A stretch of 64,000 nt of DNA from Patescibacteria group bacterium (GTDB lineage: Bacteria; Patescibacteriota; Minisyncoccia; Moranbacterales; DUUL01). Shown here piece after piece: positions 45,124 to 54,976 of the stretch (position 1 is its first letter; the number at the start of each line of letters is the position of its first letter). Under the pieces are notes generated by a model. That model was not told the DNA's origin. It ran no database searches and worked only from the letters and a program-made list of their open reading frames with translations. The position numbers were made by a program, and so were the translations under genes. The stretch spans positions 3,337 through 67,336 of the forward strand of contig JAYEFY010000030.1 of NCBI GenBank assembly GCA_034658815.1, in the 5' to 3' direction.

Positions 45124-46356
45124 TTGATCATGAAAAGAAGAGTTGTTGTGACAGGCATGGGGCTGATTTCCAGCATCGGCAGTTCCGTTGATGAAGTAGC
45201 GAACGCGCTCTTTAGGGGAAGATCGGGGATCGTTTTTTGCTCTGAATACGCGGAAATGGGCATGGCGTCTCATATTGCCGGAAACTTGCCGGATCCTAAA
45301 GAAATGATTGGCAATAAAAGAACAACTCGTTTTATGAGTATGGGCGCGGCTTTTGCTTATTTGGCAATGCAACAGGCTATAAATGATTCCGGTCTTAGTG
45401 AAAAAGATGTTAGTAATTCGCGAACAGGATTGATTGTTGGGACAGGAGGCGGATCACCGGCTGATTCCGTTTTTGTGGCTGACACGCTTCGAAATAAGGG
45501 CTTCAAGAAAGTGCTGCCAACACTTGTTCCAAGATGTATGGATAGCTCCCCGTCTGCCAATCTAAGTGTATTATTTAGCACAAAGGGGGTATCCTTTTCT
45601 ATTGCTTCCGCCTGCGCGACAAGCGCTCACTGCATTGGCGAAGCTTGGGAAAAAATAGTATTCGGAAAACAAGAAGTTATGTTTGCCGGCGGTTCGGATG
45701 AAAAGGATTGGATTATTGCGTCAACGTTTGACAGAGCGGGTGCATTATCAAGGCGCAATGATGCTCCGGAGCGAGCATCCAGGCCATATGACAAAGATCG
45801 TGACGGTTTTGTTATGGCGGGTGGCGGAGGTGTTATCGTTTTAGAAGAACTGAACCACGCGCTAGAACGCAACGGGGAAATTCACGCGGAAATTATCGGA
45901 TATGGCACCACATCCGATGGCTTAAGCATGACTCAACCGTCAGAAAAAGGTACTGCGCGGTGCATGCGACAGGCGCTGGAAGTTGCCAGCCTGAATAGCA
46001 AATCAGTGAATTATATAAACACTCATGGCACAAGCACTCCAGCTGGAGATATAGTTGAACTGAAGGCCATTAAGAAAGTGTTTGGCAACAATATTCCATT
46101 TATTAGCTCCACCAAGTCAATGACCGGGCATGGACTTGGCGCGGCCGGAGCGCATGAACTGATCTTCTCGATCATAATGATGCAGCGCGGTTTTATCGCG
46201 CCGTCCATCAACATTGAAAATCTGGACACGGACGCCAAGAATTTTCCGATCATAACTGAAACCATGGAAAACTACGCGCCGGAAATCGTAATGTCCAATA
46301 GCTTTGGTTTCGGAGGAACTAATGTAACGCTTATCGTGAAGCGTTATGCGAACTAG
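45124..46356 (+). CDS. fabF: beta-ketoacyl-ACP synthase I/II
   Basis: Active-site SACATSAHCIG (Cys). HGTSTPAGD and GHGLGAAG (His/His). Visibly GC-richer than its neighbours. Confidence 0.85.
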   Translation: MIMKRRVVVTGMGLISSIGSSVDEVANALFRGRSGIVFCSEYAEMGMASHIAGNLPDPKEMIGNKRTTRFMSMGAAFAYLAMQQAINDSGLSEKDVSNSRTGLIVGTGGGSPADSVFVADTLRNKGFKKVLPTLVPRCMDSSPSANLSVLFSTKGVSFSIASACATSAHCIGEAWEKIVFGKQEVMFAGGSDEKDWIIASTFDRAGALSRRNDAPERASRPYDKDRDGFVMAGGGGVIVLEELNHALERNGEIHAEIIGYGTTSDGLSMTQPSEKGTARCMRQALEVASLNSKSVNYINTHGTSTPAGDIVELKAIKKVFGNNIPFISSTKSMTGHGLGAAGAHELIFSIIMMQRGFIAPSINIENLDTDAKNFPIITETMENYAPEIVMSNSFGFGGTNVTLIVKRYAN

Positions 46357-46386
46357 GACTCTGTAGCACAGAGATCCTGACAAAAA

Positions 46387-46427
46387 CGCCGGGTGTTTCC
46401 ACGAAACATCCGGCGATCTTTATTTCT
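46387..46427. terminator. bidirectional terminator (about 12-bp stem CGCCGGGTGTTTC/GAAACATCCGGCG + T-tract)
   Basis: A hairpin between convergent fabF and the NUDIX gene, followed by atctttatttct. Confidence 0.5.
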
Positions 46428-46483
46428 AATAACAATTTTTGCCGATAATCGGCATTTTTACACTTGCCTGCAAAAAACTGTCT

Positions 46484-47059
46484 TCAATTATTCCGAGGGC
46501 TACTATTCAATAAAATTTTGCGCGCAAAAGATAACGAAGCAATTGTTTGACCATCAATAATCTTTCCGTCGTTTATCATCTTGTACGCTTCTTTTATTCC
46601 GATTTCAACAACTTTCATTTTTGCTTCCTTTTCTGAATCTTCAAGCTTTTGACCGACAAATTCCAGATCTTTTGCTAAATAGACAAAACATATTTCCGAG
46701 GTTATTCCCGAAATAGAAGAAAATTTTCCAATTTTCTTTATCGAGCCGCTTTGATAGCCGGTTTCTTCTCTTAGTTCATTTTTAGCAGTTTGCGGCGGAG
46801 TGTTTCCTTTCCCAATTACTCCGTTGGGAAGTTCCAATGTCCGCTGTTTAAGAGGATAACGATATTGTTTTACAAAGATTATCTTATCCTTCCTTACAGG
46901 AACCACAAAAGACGAATTACCGGTGTCTATGACATAATAATTTCCTTTTTTTCCGCTTGGCAATGAAAATTTCTCATGTTTTACGCAGTACCATGGATTT
47001 TTATGAACTGTTTTTGATGATAACGTCTGCCAATTTCTTGTTTTCTTATTTTTCTTCAT
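46484..47059 (-). CDS. NUDIX hydrolase (ADP-ribose pyrophosphatase-like)
   Basis: Nudix box GKGNTPPQTAKNELREETG. The start is likely the internal M at 47059 rather than 47092. Confidence 0.6.
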   Translation of the reverse strand: MKKNKKTRNWQTLSSKTVHKNPWYCVKHEKFSLPSGKKGNYYVIDTGNSSFVVPVRKDKIIFVKQYRYPLKQRTLELPNGVIGKGNTPPQTAKNELREETGYQSGSIKKIGKFSSISGITSEICFVYLAKDLEFVGQKLEDSEKEAKMKVVEIGIKEAYKMINDGKIIDGQTIASLSFARKILLNSSPRNN

Positions 47060-47618
47060 ACGTAAAGTCTTTTGCGATACTCTTAAAAGCACTGTTTTTT
47101 TGATCTTTTTCTGAAATAATCGGTTTATCGATTCTGTATTTTTCCATCTGCCAATCAGTGTTCAAATCCGGATCGTTCCACATTATTCCCCTTTCCGATT
47201 CAGGGCTATACGAATTGGTGCATTTGTAACTGAAAATTGTGTCATCTTTCAGCGAAATAAAGCCGTGTGCGAACCCGAGCGGGATCCAAAGTTGTTTTTT
47301 ATTCTCCTCGTTGAGTTCCACAGACATATATTGTCCAAAAGTCGGTGATCCAAAACGAATATCAACTGCCACATCCAAGATTGCGCCTTGAATTACATAA
47401 ACTAGCTTGCCTTGAGCGTAGGGATTAATTTGATAATGAAGTCCGCGCAAAACTCCTTTGGCGGATTTAGACAAATTGTCCTGAAGAAAATCATATTTTA
47501 TTCCCGCTTCTTTGTACTTTTCTTGATTGTAAGTTTCCAAAAAAAAGCCGCGTTCGTCTCCGAATACTCGCGGTTCAATGGTCAAAAGCCCTTCAATTTT
47601 TGTTTTAATCACTTTCAT
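47046..47618 (-). CDS. rfbC: dTDP-4-dehydrorhamnose 3,5-epimerase
   Basis: RmlC blocks RGLHYQ, VIQGAILDVAVDIRFGSPTFGQY and FAHGF. The likely start is MKVIKTK (47618), not the extended ORF start. Confidence 0.85.
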   Translation of the reverse strand: MKVIKTKIEGLLTIEPRVFGDERGFFLETYNQEKYKEAGIKYDFLQDNLSKSAKGVLRGLHYQINPYAQGKLVYVIQGAILDVAVDIRFGSPTFGQYMSVELNEENKKQLWIPLGFAHGFISLKDDTIFSYKCTNSYSPESERGIMWNDPDLNTDWQMEKYRIDKPIISEKDQKNSAFKSIAKDFTYEEK

Positions 47619-47733
47619 GCTGTTTAAATGATAATATAACTTTTTTAAAAAAGCAACAAGCGTTAAGAATAAATTTATTTTGTTCAAATAAAATGAGTCC
47701 TGCAGAATTTTCCGCAGAGCTCATATCTCTAAG

Positions 47734-48374
47734 TTAGAATCTTATTTCCAAACCGGTTAAGATTGCGTCGGCCTGCATCCCTTTATCATTCCATTTGCGT
47801 TGGATTATGGCAAAAGGGGCTAAGCCGTTTTTGAATTTATAGCCGATTTTAAACGGCCGGAAATGGAAATTTTCTGTTCCGTTCTTGGTATGATAATACC
47901 AAGTCTCTATTCCGCAGTACCATCCGTGTCTTTTGTTGTTTATCAGGCGCAGAAACAAGTCTATCTTATCTCTGCCATCCGTAAGGTCAAAGTAGTAAGT
48001 GCCTACTGTAAAAACAGACACTTTACCACAGAACCCATAAAACGAAAAGAAGGGCCGGCTGTTTCGTTGCCCAGTGAATCAGAGCTGTATTCAGCTCCGA
48101 ACTGCCAGCCATTGCCAATCTTGTAATAGACACAGGGAATGATCAGCTTAAAATTATTTTCACCGGTAATAAACCGAAATCCCAATGCCCATTTGTCAAG
48201 GCTGTTATTACCGAAGACGTTATAGGTACCGGTATAACTATCTCCTCCTTTGATTTTGCCGGTTTCATAGTGAAGCATGAGGTAATTATCTTTGGCTCCG
48301 CCCGCGTAAATTACTGGCACCAGTACTTGGCAAAAGAAAAGCACTAAAAAAAGTGTTGAACATGTATGTTTCAT
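47734..48374 (-). pseudogene. beta-barrel outer-membrane-protein-like gene interrupted by a single frameshift
   Basis: N-part 48003..48374 has a signal peptide and alternating aromatic strands. C-part 47734..48021 is in another frame and ends ..LEIRF (terminal Phe). The frames overlap near the run cttcttttcgtttt. Confidence 0.4.
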
Positions 48375-48424
48375 TTATTTCTTCCCTTTTTTGAATTGCC
48401 GGAAGAAACAATTTTATCTTCCGG

Positions 48425-49636
48425 TTATTTTAATTGATGGATTGTAAATTGCCCGAAATTAAAATAACCGAAAATTGGCACATGTTCAATTTTTTGCACA
48501 ATGATTTGACGAGGAAAACGTCCCCAAAAGACTTTGATAATTGCCGAAGACCCAAAGGTAATTAACTGAATTATCAGCGCTTCGGTGCCTGTTTTTTGAG
48601 GATAGTCACCGTCATCACTGTTGTCGTTTCTTTGATCAATGTTTCCGTTTTCTATTTCTTGAAAGGCGGAAACGATTTTGGTCATGGTTGAACCGTCCCT
48701 TGCTTGAATTGCTTGTTGAGCAAAGGATATTTCTATTGCCGGCGAGAATACGTACAGCAAAATAGCCGGAATCAAGGCCGCGAAAAGTGTTCTTTCGAAA
48801 GAATGGCTGTTAACCAGTCGAAATTGCTTTATCCAATTTTGGCAGTTTCCGGATTGAGCAACTTCTTGAGCCAGCTTTTTTTCTTCCGCGCTCAAATGCC
48901 GGAAAAACTTTCCTAACCTGCGCAGTTCCGCTTCTACCCGAATTTCGCGAACGACATTAAACGGGTAGCGAAAGAGGAAAACAGGCCACAATAAAACAGA
49001 TGATAAAAACCTTGTTTTGTCCGCTAAAATTGTTTCAAGGATTCCTTTTCTTTCTGACATTCTTACGCAATAAAGAAGAATGATCAGAAAGAAGGCTCGT
49101 GAATAGAGAGTCATAGCCCAATTCAGTAAACACTTTAGACTTTCGTCCCAACCTTTCTCTTCAATGTCCGCGTAGCATTCTTCTCTATAACCTGCTCGGG
49201 TTTCCAGCCATTTGCGGTAAGAGACTCTGGCAATTTCAATATCATGATGTGTAAATTTCTTGCCAATGCTTTTTCGGTTGATATTCTGAAGATTAATAAG
49301 TTTGAACGGAAATCCATACGAAAAATCATATCCCAGTTTTTCTCCAATTTCCGTTTCTTTTCCGTTAACTTTTTTCAGATCTTCAAAATAGTCCCGTGGA
49401 CTATAATCATCTCCTTTTTCTTGAGCTTTCATTACTAGCTCAGCTACTAATAGATCAATTTCCCTGTTTGCTTTTTTTTCTTCTACCCAGTCTCTTTTTT
49501 TATCGAACTCCATGTTCTCTAAAATTGCAACCTTGACCGGAGTAAAAAATTGTCCGGCGCAAAAAATAAGCAAAATCCATATTCCCGTCTTAAGAAGCCA
49601 GGAATAATCATCAAAAAACCTTTCCAGTTTTTTCAT
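48425..49636 (-). CDS. hypothetical membrane protein
   Basis: ORF with several TM segments. No recognised motif. Confidence 0.4.
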   Translation of the reverse strand: MKKLERFFDDYSWLLKTGIWILLIFCAGQFFTPVKVAILENMEFDKKRDWVEEKKANREIDLLVAELVMKAQEKGDDYSPRDYFEDLKKVNGKETEIGEKLGYDFSYGFPFKLINLQNINRKSIGKKFTHHDIEIARVSYRKWLETRAGYREECYADIEEKGWDESLKCLLNWAMTLYSRAFFLIILLYCVRMSERKGILETILADKTRFLSSVLLWPVFLFRYPFNVVREIRVEAELRRLGKFFRHLSAEEKKLAQEVAQSGNCQNWIKQFRLVNSHSFERTLFAALIPAILLYVFSPAIEISFAQQAIQARDGSTMTKIVSAFQEIENGNIDQRNDNSDDGDYPQKTGTEALIIQLITFGSSAIIKVFWGRFPRQIIVQKIEHVPIFGYFNFGQFTIHQLK

Positions 49637-49880
49637 TTTTCCCGATCTCCTTTTCTATGGGTTATTTTCTTGTGAATTATTCTGTTTTCAAATAACTGCG
49701 CTTTTTATTAAAAAGAAAGCGACTTTTGAGTATGGCATAGAACAGAATTTATGTCAAGCTCGCGTGCTTTCGTTAAACTCACTTTTAGATTTGCGCGCTT
49801 AAAAATTAATAAAAGAGAGCCTTGCCTTGCTTCAGCCTCAGCTCCCTTTTTATGTTTTTCGCGAGTTTGTTTTATATCAC

Positions 49881-50171
49881 CTAATAGGTAATGAATGAGT
49901 AACGCGGACACCGTTTATTTCTTTTGAAATCCGAATTTCCAGCTATTCGAATAAAGATCTCAGTGTCAGGATAAACAAAGGCCTTTCCGCGTATTCCCCT
50001 GATCAGGGCTTGTTCCATAAATTCCCCTTTTACCACGAACAGGATTCCCCTTTCGGACTCTTCCGTGCTCGGATCCAATATCCTTGACACATTTACTCTT
50101 GTCACGCGAGACCCCGTCAAAAAAATGATCTCTTCATTTGTTAATTTCTGTCTTGCTTCCTCTAAATTCAT
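49881..50171 (-). CDS. DUF370/RemA-like small protein (tentative)
   Basis: The pattern EIIFLTGSRVTRVNVSRILDPSTEES resembles RemA [24 protein letters not shown]. Confidence 0.3.
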   Translation of the reverse strand: MNLEEARQKLTNEEIIFLTGSRVTRVNVSRILDPSTEESERGILFVVKGEFMEQALIRGIRGKAFVYPDTEIFIRIAGNSDFKRNKRCPRYSFITY

Positions 50172-50323
50172 AGTCTTCCCCCTCCTTGCTTTTTCACGGC
50201 TTGAATTTATGGCTTAAGAACTGATTCTACAATATTATAACAATTAAAATTCGTCAAAAAAACTCAAGAATCACTCGCCTATTTATCAGCTTTTGCGAAA
50301 AGATAGCGGTACGAGAACATTCT

Positions 50324-51724
50324 CTATTTTTTTATCTCCCAATCATGGTTAAGCTCCACATCATAGCCGCTTCCCTTCCCGTTTGAATCAATGATCCTTA
50401 TTTCGCCTTTCACGTTTTTAACTCCTGACTGTTTTTGGATTAAAAGGCGATAGTTATTCTCGTTGACCGTATCAGGCAGATAATAAGAAAAAGAAACAGT
50501 TTTAGTTTTGCCAAGCGGGACTTTAATAATTGTTCCGAAATATTTTTTTTCTTGTTCTCGCCCGAACTTGACATCGTTTATTTCATCAGGATTAATGAGC
50601 CAACTGCCATCAGGGACATAAACGCGAAGATAAGATGTGTAATCCGTGAACAGCCAATCACGAACCCTGCCTTTATGCTCGTAGGATATTTTTAGATTCG
50701 CGCGCGGACGTTCACTCGTGAAATCAACAGTGTATTCGAAGCTTCTGCCAATTACCTGGTCCGTTTTAAGCGACGCGAGATTCGCGTCAACTATCATCAG
50801 ATAATCTTGCTTTGCCGGATTTACTTCCCCGCTCCAATTAAGATCTTTTATCTTTTCCTGTAATTTCTCATCTTTAAAATAGACCATCACATCTTTTCGA
50901 TTCAGGTGTTCCTCGATCTGTTCCGCGAATTTCTTCTTTTCCGACCAGTTGAGGTCTCGCGCTTCTTCAAGAATCTTCTTTGACAGTTCTTTGATGATAT
51001 ATTTTCTTTTCCCTTTTTCAATATCTTGGTCAACATATCCTTTTTCAACTTGATACTGAAGTTTGGAAATCGCGTTTTTACTGTTGTATTCCCCTTGATA
51101 GCCGTTAACTTCTATCGGGCCGGTGATCTCAAGAAATGAAGGAAGAAGTTCCGTGGAAACCGCCACAACTCCGGCTATGTTCTCTTTTCCGCCCTCAAGA
51201 TGATAAAAATATTCGGCTTTCTTTGCGTTTGTCGGAAAATCGGCAGACCAATTACTGTCGCGCATTTCCCAGCTTGATATCTTCAATAGCGAGCCCATTG
51301 GGAAAGGCGGCTCTATTCCCGTTTCTATTTTCGAATCAAACACATTAGTATCGTGAGTGTCAATGAAAGTTACTTTTTCATCTTTTATTTTCAGTATTCC
51401 GAATGTTCCTATGTATCCTCCTCCGGGACGAAGCTCGTGATTATTTTGAAACAGGATCAAGAACGCTTTTTCCTCTCCTTTCGCAATTTTCGGGAGAATG
51501 TTAAAGATCACGTCCAATTCTTCCTTTTGGCGGTTTTCGATTGGCAGTACTTTAACAATAGGTCGAGCGTAATTCAGCATGCTCAAATAGCCTTTGTTCT
51601 TAACTTGCCAAAAAATATGCCAGCCAACTAAAAATAAAATTGAAATTATCCAAAAAAGGATCCAAAATTTCCATTCTTTTCCACTCTCTTGATTCATATT
51701 TTTAACAGCGTTATAATCATTCAT
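50324..51724 (-). CDS. DUF4012-domain membrane-anchored protein
   Basis: N-terminal TM helix plus the hallmark ELRPGGGYIGTFG motif. Confidence 0.65.
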   Translation of the reverse strand: MNDYNAVKNMNQESGKEWKFWILFWIISILFLVGWHIFWQVKNKGYLSMLNYARPIVKVLPIENRQKEELDVIFNILPKIAKGEEKAFLILFQNNHELRPGGGYIGTFGILKIKDEKVTFIDTHDTNVFDSKIETGIEPPFPMGSLLKISSWEMRDSNWSADFPTNAKKAEYFYHLEGGKENIAGVVAVSTELLPSFLEITGPIEVNGYQGEYNSKNAISKLQYQVEKGYVDQDIEKGKRKYIIKELSKKILEEARDLNWSEKKKFAEQIEEHLNRKDVMVYFKDEKLQEKIKDLNWSGEVNPAKQDYLMIVDANLASLKTDQVIGRSFEYTVDFTSERPRANLKISYEHKGRVRDWLFTDYTSYLRVYVPDGSWLINPDEINDVKFGREQEKKYFGTIIKVPLGKTKTVSFSYYLPDTVNENNYRLLIQKQSGVKNVKGEIRIIDSNGKGSGYDVELNHDWEIKK

Positions 51725-51755
51725 TAGCGTATGTATTATTGGGAACGATCCTTTG

Positions 51756-53309
51756 TTAAAGCAATCTATGTTTTTGTGTTAAGTGAGTTTCAGTTAGCCC
51801 AAAAACGATCTGCTTGTATTTAAGATTTTCAATAGCCCCGAATAACAGCCAGAAAACGATTGCCGCCGGACCAAAGAAAAATGAATTGCTGATAAAGCCT
51901 AAAAATAAAAATTCCAAAAAAATCGCGAGAATTCCAATCAGCCAAATCCTTTTCTCCCCATCCGACTTTCTGTAGTTGCCATATAATTCCCTGAAGTATT
52001 TCCATAGAATAATAGCAAAAACGGCGATTCCCAAAATTCCAAAATATTTCCAGATCAAAATGTATGAATTTTTTATCGATTCTGCTCCGTGGGATTCATC
52101 ACTGCCAATTTTCCAGCCGCTTCCCCATATCCAGTGATCTTGGACTGATTCCCAGCCGGAAAACCATCGCGCGGCATTGATTTCCGACTCTTTTATTACA
52201 GTCGAAAAAGTACCGGGCAGAACAAGTGCCAGCGCAACGATTATCGCGGCCATAAACAAGATCAATTTTTTATTTCTGAGTAAAATACCCATTGCGAAGA
52301 TCCCGATTGCGGCAATGATCAATGAAACATATGAAAATGTAAAAACCAGCGCTATTGCCTGTATGGCAATTAAAATACCAAAAAACATTCTGCCCGAGAA
52401 AATTTTTTTAATCTTTTGCTTGTTCATCCCATGTTTGATCTTTTGGATCAAGCTGCCGCTAAAAAAGTTTGTTCTTTTGGAAAAACTGGCTGAGTCAAAA
52501 AAGCGGACTGTTTTTTCGATTTTTTTCAAAGGCCTCGTACACTTCTTTCTTTTTCTTGTGTTCAGAAGCAATGCATATGTAAGCGGGATCGTTACCAATA
52601 AAAAAGGCGCGAGAGCGTTATTTCCCACACGTAAACTGTATCCATCTCCCAAGAAACCATTGATCTGATATTTGACATTTTCAAACGCAAGAAATTGGGT
52701 CTTTCCGCTTGTAATGCCTAATCCGGTTGGGGTTTGGAAGCCGAATCCGAATGTTATGAGGCCAAACATTGAATGAATGACACCAATTGTAATAAGAAGA
52801 ACAAAAAATCTCCGCAAACGTTTTTGTGTCTGGAAAAAATATTGGAATGCCGCTGTTATGATCCAATACGTTGCGATAGTGATCACAATGATCAAAACAA
52901 AGGGATCCGGCTGCTGCCCGAATATTTTAGCGAATAGTATGATGCTCAAACCGATCAATTCAAAAAGAAAAAGATAATATGATATTGCCGCGAGAGAGAC
53001 TTTTGTGTTTTCAGCCAAGATCATTTCCAGGCTGATAATTGCAAGAATAATAAGAAAAATATCATGGATCGTAAAAGCGGCACCGCTGATCTTCATTGAC
53101 GGAAAAAGCAGCAAGATCAATAATAGAAAAAGCCAGCCTCTGGAAAAACTTTTCTGGAAGATCGCCACAGCCGCAAACAGCAAAAAAACAATGACTGCAG
53201 AGATCATATTGAGCGTTGTAACAAGCACTATCACAAATGCTACAATGCCGATAATGATGGTGATCAGTGCATCCTTGTAGGATGATTTGAAAAAATAATA
53301 AAGATCCAT
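51756..53309 (-). CDS. O-antigen ligase/polymerase-family polytopic membrane protein
   Basis: About 12 TM helices with a large loop. Glycan-gene context. Confidence 0.45.
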   Translation of the reverse strand: MDLYYFFKSSYKDALITIIIGIVAFVIVLVTTLNMISAVIVFLLFAAVAIFQKSFSRGWLFLLLILLLFPSMKISGAAFTIHDIFLIILAIISLEMILAENTKVSLAAISYYLFLFELIGLSIILFAKIFGQQPDPFVLIIVITIATYWIITAAFQYFFQTQKRLRRFFVLLITIGVIHSMFGLITFGFGFQTPTGLGITSGKTQFLAFENVKYQINGFLGDGYSLRVGNNALAPFLLVTIPLTYALLLNTRKRKKCTRPLKKIEKTVRFFDSASFSKRTNFFSGSLIQKIKHGMNKQKIKKIFSGRMFFGILIAIQAIALVFTFSYVSLIIAAIGIFAMGILLRNKKLILFMAAIIVALALVLPGTFSTVIKESEINAARWFSGWESVQDHWIWGSGWKIGSDESHGAESIKNSYILIWKYFGILGIAVFAIILWKYFRELYGNYRKSDGEKRIWLIGILAIFLEFLFLGFISNSFFFGPAAIVFWLLFGAIENLKYKQIVFGLTETHLTQKHRLL

Positions 53310-53519
53310 AAAAATTCCTGAATAAAGCTGTTTATTTGCTACAAAAGCGTGTTCGGGAGCAGTCTCTTATTATTCCGCCCATCATAGCACAATTTCATAA
53401 TTTTGGCAATACTTGCGTGCCGGTTAATATTATGCTACACGTTATAGAAGCATTGACTATTATTGAGAAATAAAATAGGCAAAGATTGTTAGCATAATAT
53501 GTAAATTAATCATCTCAGA

Positions 53520-54806
53520 ATGAAACAAAAGAAAACTACTGTTGCAATTGTAGGTTTGGGATATGTCGGACTTCCTCTTGCGATCAGGTGCTGTGAATGC
53601 GGATATAATGTTGTCGGTTTTGACTTGGACAGTAAAAAGATCGAATCCATCAAAAAAGGCAAGATTCCTTTCAAAGAGAAGTTTGTTGAGGAGCGAAAGG
53701 AATTTCTTGGGAAAATAACCGCGACTGATTCTCCTCGGCGGCTCAAAAAGGCCGATGTTGTTCTTATCTGTGTTCCGACTCCGGTAGACAAACAATTTTA
53801 CCCGAATCTTGAGCCGCTGAGATCCGCTGTTCAAACGGTGATCAAAAATCGCAAACCGAGCCGGCTTATCATTATTGAATCAACAATTAATCCCGGAGTG
53901 TGCGAAGAAGTCATAGAACCGCTTTTTTATGGCGCAGGTCTTAAGGATGGAAGAGATTATTTTCTTGCCCATTGTCCGGAAAGAATTGATCCCGGAAACA
54001 AAGATTGGAACCTGATCAATATTCCTCGCGTCGTCGGTTCATTGTCGCGCAAGGGACTTCAGCGGGCAGTAAGTTTCTATAATTCGATCATCGACGGAGA
54101 AATACATCCAATGAGATCTATTCGGGAGGCAGAAGCAGTTAAAGTTGTCGAAAATTCTTTCCGGGATATTAATATAGCTTTTGTTAATGAGCTTGCGAAA
54201 AGTTTCGACCAAATGAATATTGATGTTAAAGATGTCATTGAGGGAGCGGCAACAAAACCATTCGCTTTTATGCCGCATTTCCCCGGAAGGGGCGTTGGAG
54301 GGCATTGTATTCCGGTTGATCCTTATTATCTTATCGAGCAGGCAAAAAAAGAAGGATTTGACCATCATTTACTGCGCGTCGCGCGGGAGGTTAATAATAA
54401 CATGCCTTCTTATACTGTTGAGTTGCTTCAGGATCTTCTCAATGAGATCAAACTTCCAATGAAAGGCATCCCAATTGGTGTAATGGGGCTGTCATACAAA
54501 GCCAATATTGATGATCTGCGCGAATCTCCATCGCTGAAGATCATAAAGGAACTTGAAAAGAAAAAAGCGAAAATCATCAAATACGACCCGTTTATATTGA
54601 AAATGTCCAACGTCTCCTCGACCCGAGAATTGCTTAAAAAGTCGAAAGCATTGATCTTGGTTACTGACCACAGTGAATTTCTTGAACTCGATGAAGCCGA
54701 GTTCAAGAAATATGGCATCAAGGCGGTTGTTGACGGAATGAACTGTTTAAATGCCGGAAAGATCAAGCGGCTGGGCATAAAATATCATGGAATCGGACGG
54801 AAGTAA
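53520..54806 (+). CDS. nucleotide-sugar (UDP-glucose/UDP-ManNAc-type) dehydrogenase
   Basis: TVAIVGLGYVGLPLA Rossmann N-terminus. Catalytic Cys context GGHCIPVDP. Confidence 0.85.
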   Translation: MKQKKTTVAIVGLGYVGLPLAIRCCECGYNVVGFDLDSKKIESIKKGKIPFKEKFVEERKEFLGKITATDSPRRLKKADVVLICVPTPVDKQFYPNLEPLRSAVQTVIKNRKPSRLIIIESTINPGVCEEVIEPLFYGAGLKDGRDYFLAHCPERIDPGNKDWNLINIPRVVGSLSRKGLQRAVSFYNSIIDGEIHPMRSIREAEAVKVVENSFRDINIAFVNELAKSFDQMNIDVKDVIEGAATKPFAFMPHFPGRGVGGHCIPVDPYYLIEQAKKEGFDHHLLRVAREVNNNMPSYTVELLQDLLNEIKLPMKGIPIGVMGLSYKANIDDLRESPSLKIIKELEKKKAKIIKYDPFILKMSNVSSTRELLKKSKALILVTDHSEFLELDEAEFKKYGIKAVVDGMNCLNAGKIKRLGIKYHGIGRK

Positions 54807-54976
54807 CACGCGGGTTGCTAATGAATGACAAAAAACAAATGGTCCGTGAGAGAAAAAAGGATTAGGCCATCCTAATGCGGGTTCAATGGTTCCTATCTTG
54901 AACCACTTAGGAATATTGCATTTTTTGCATTTTTTTGGCATAATCAAGGTACTTAATTATTTTCAAGAATGCTTTA

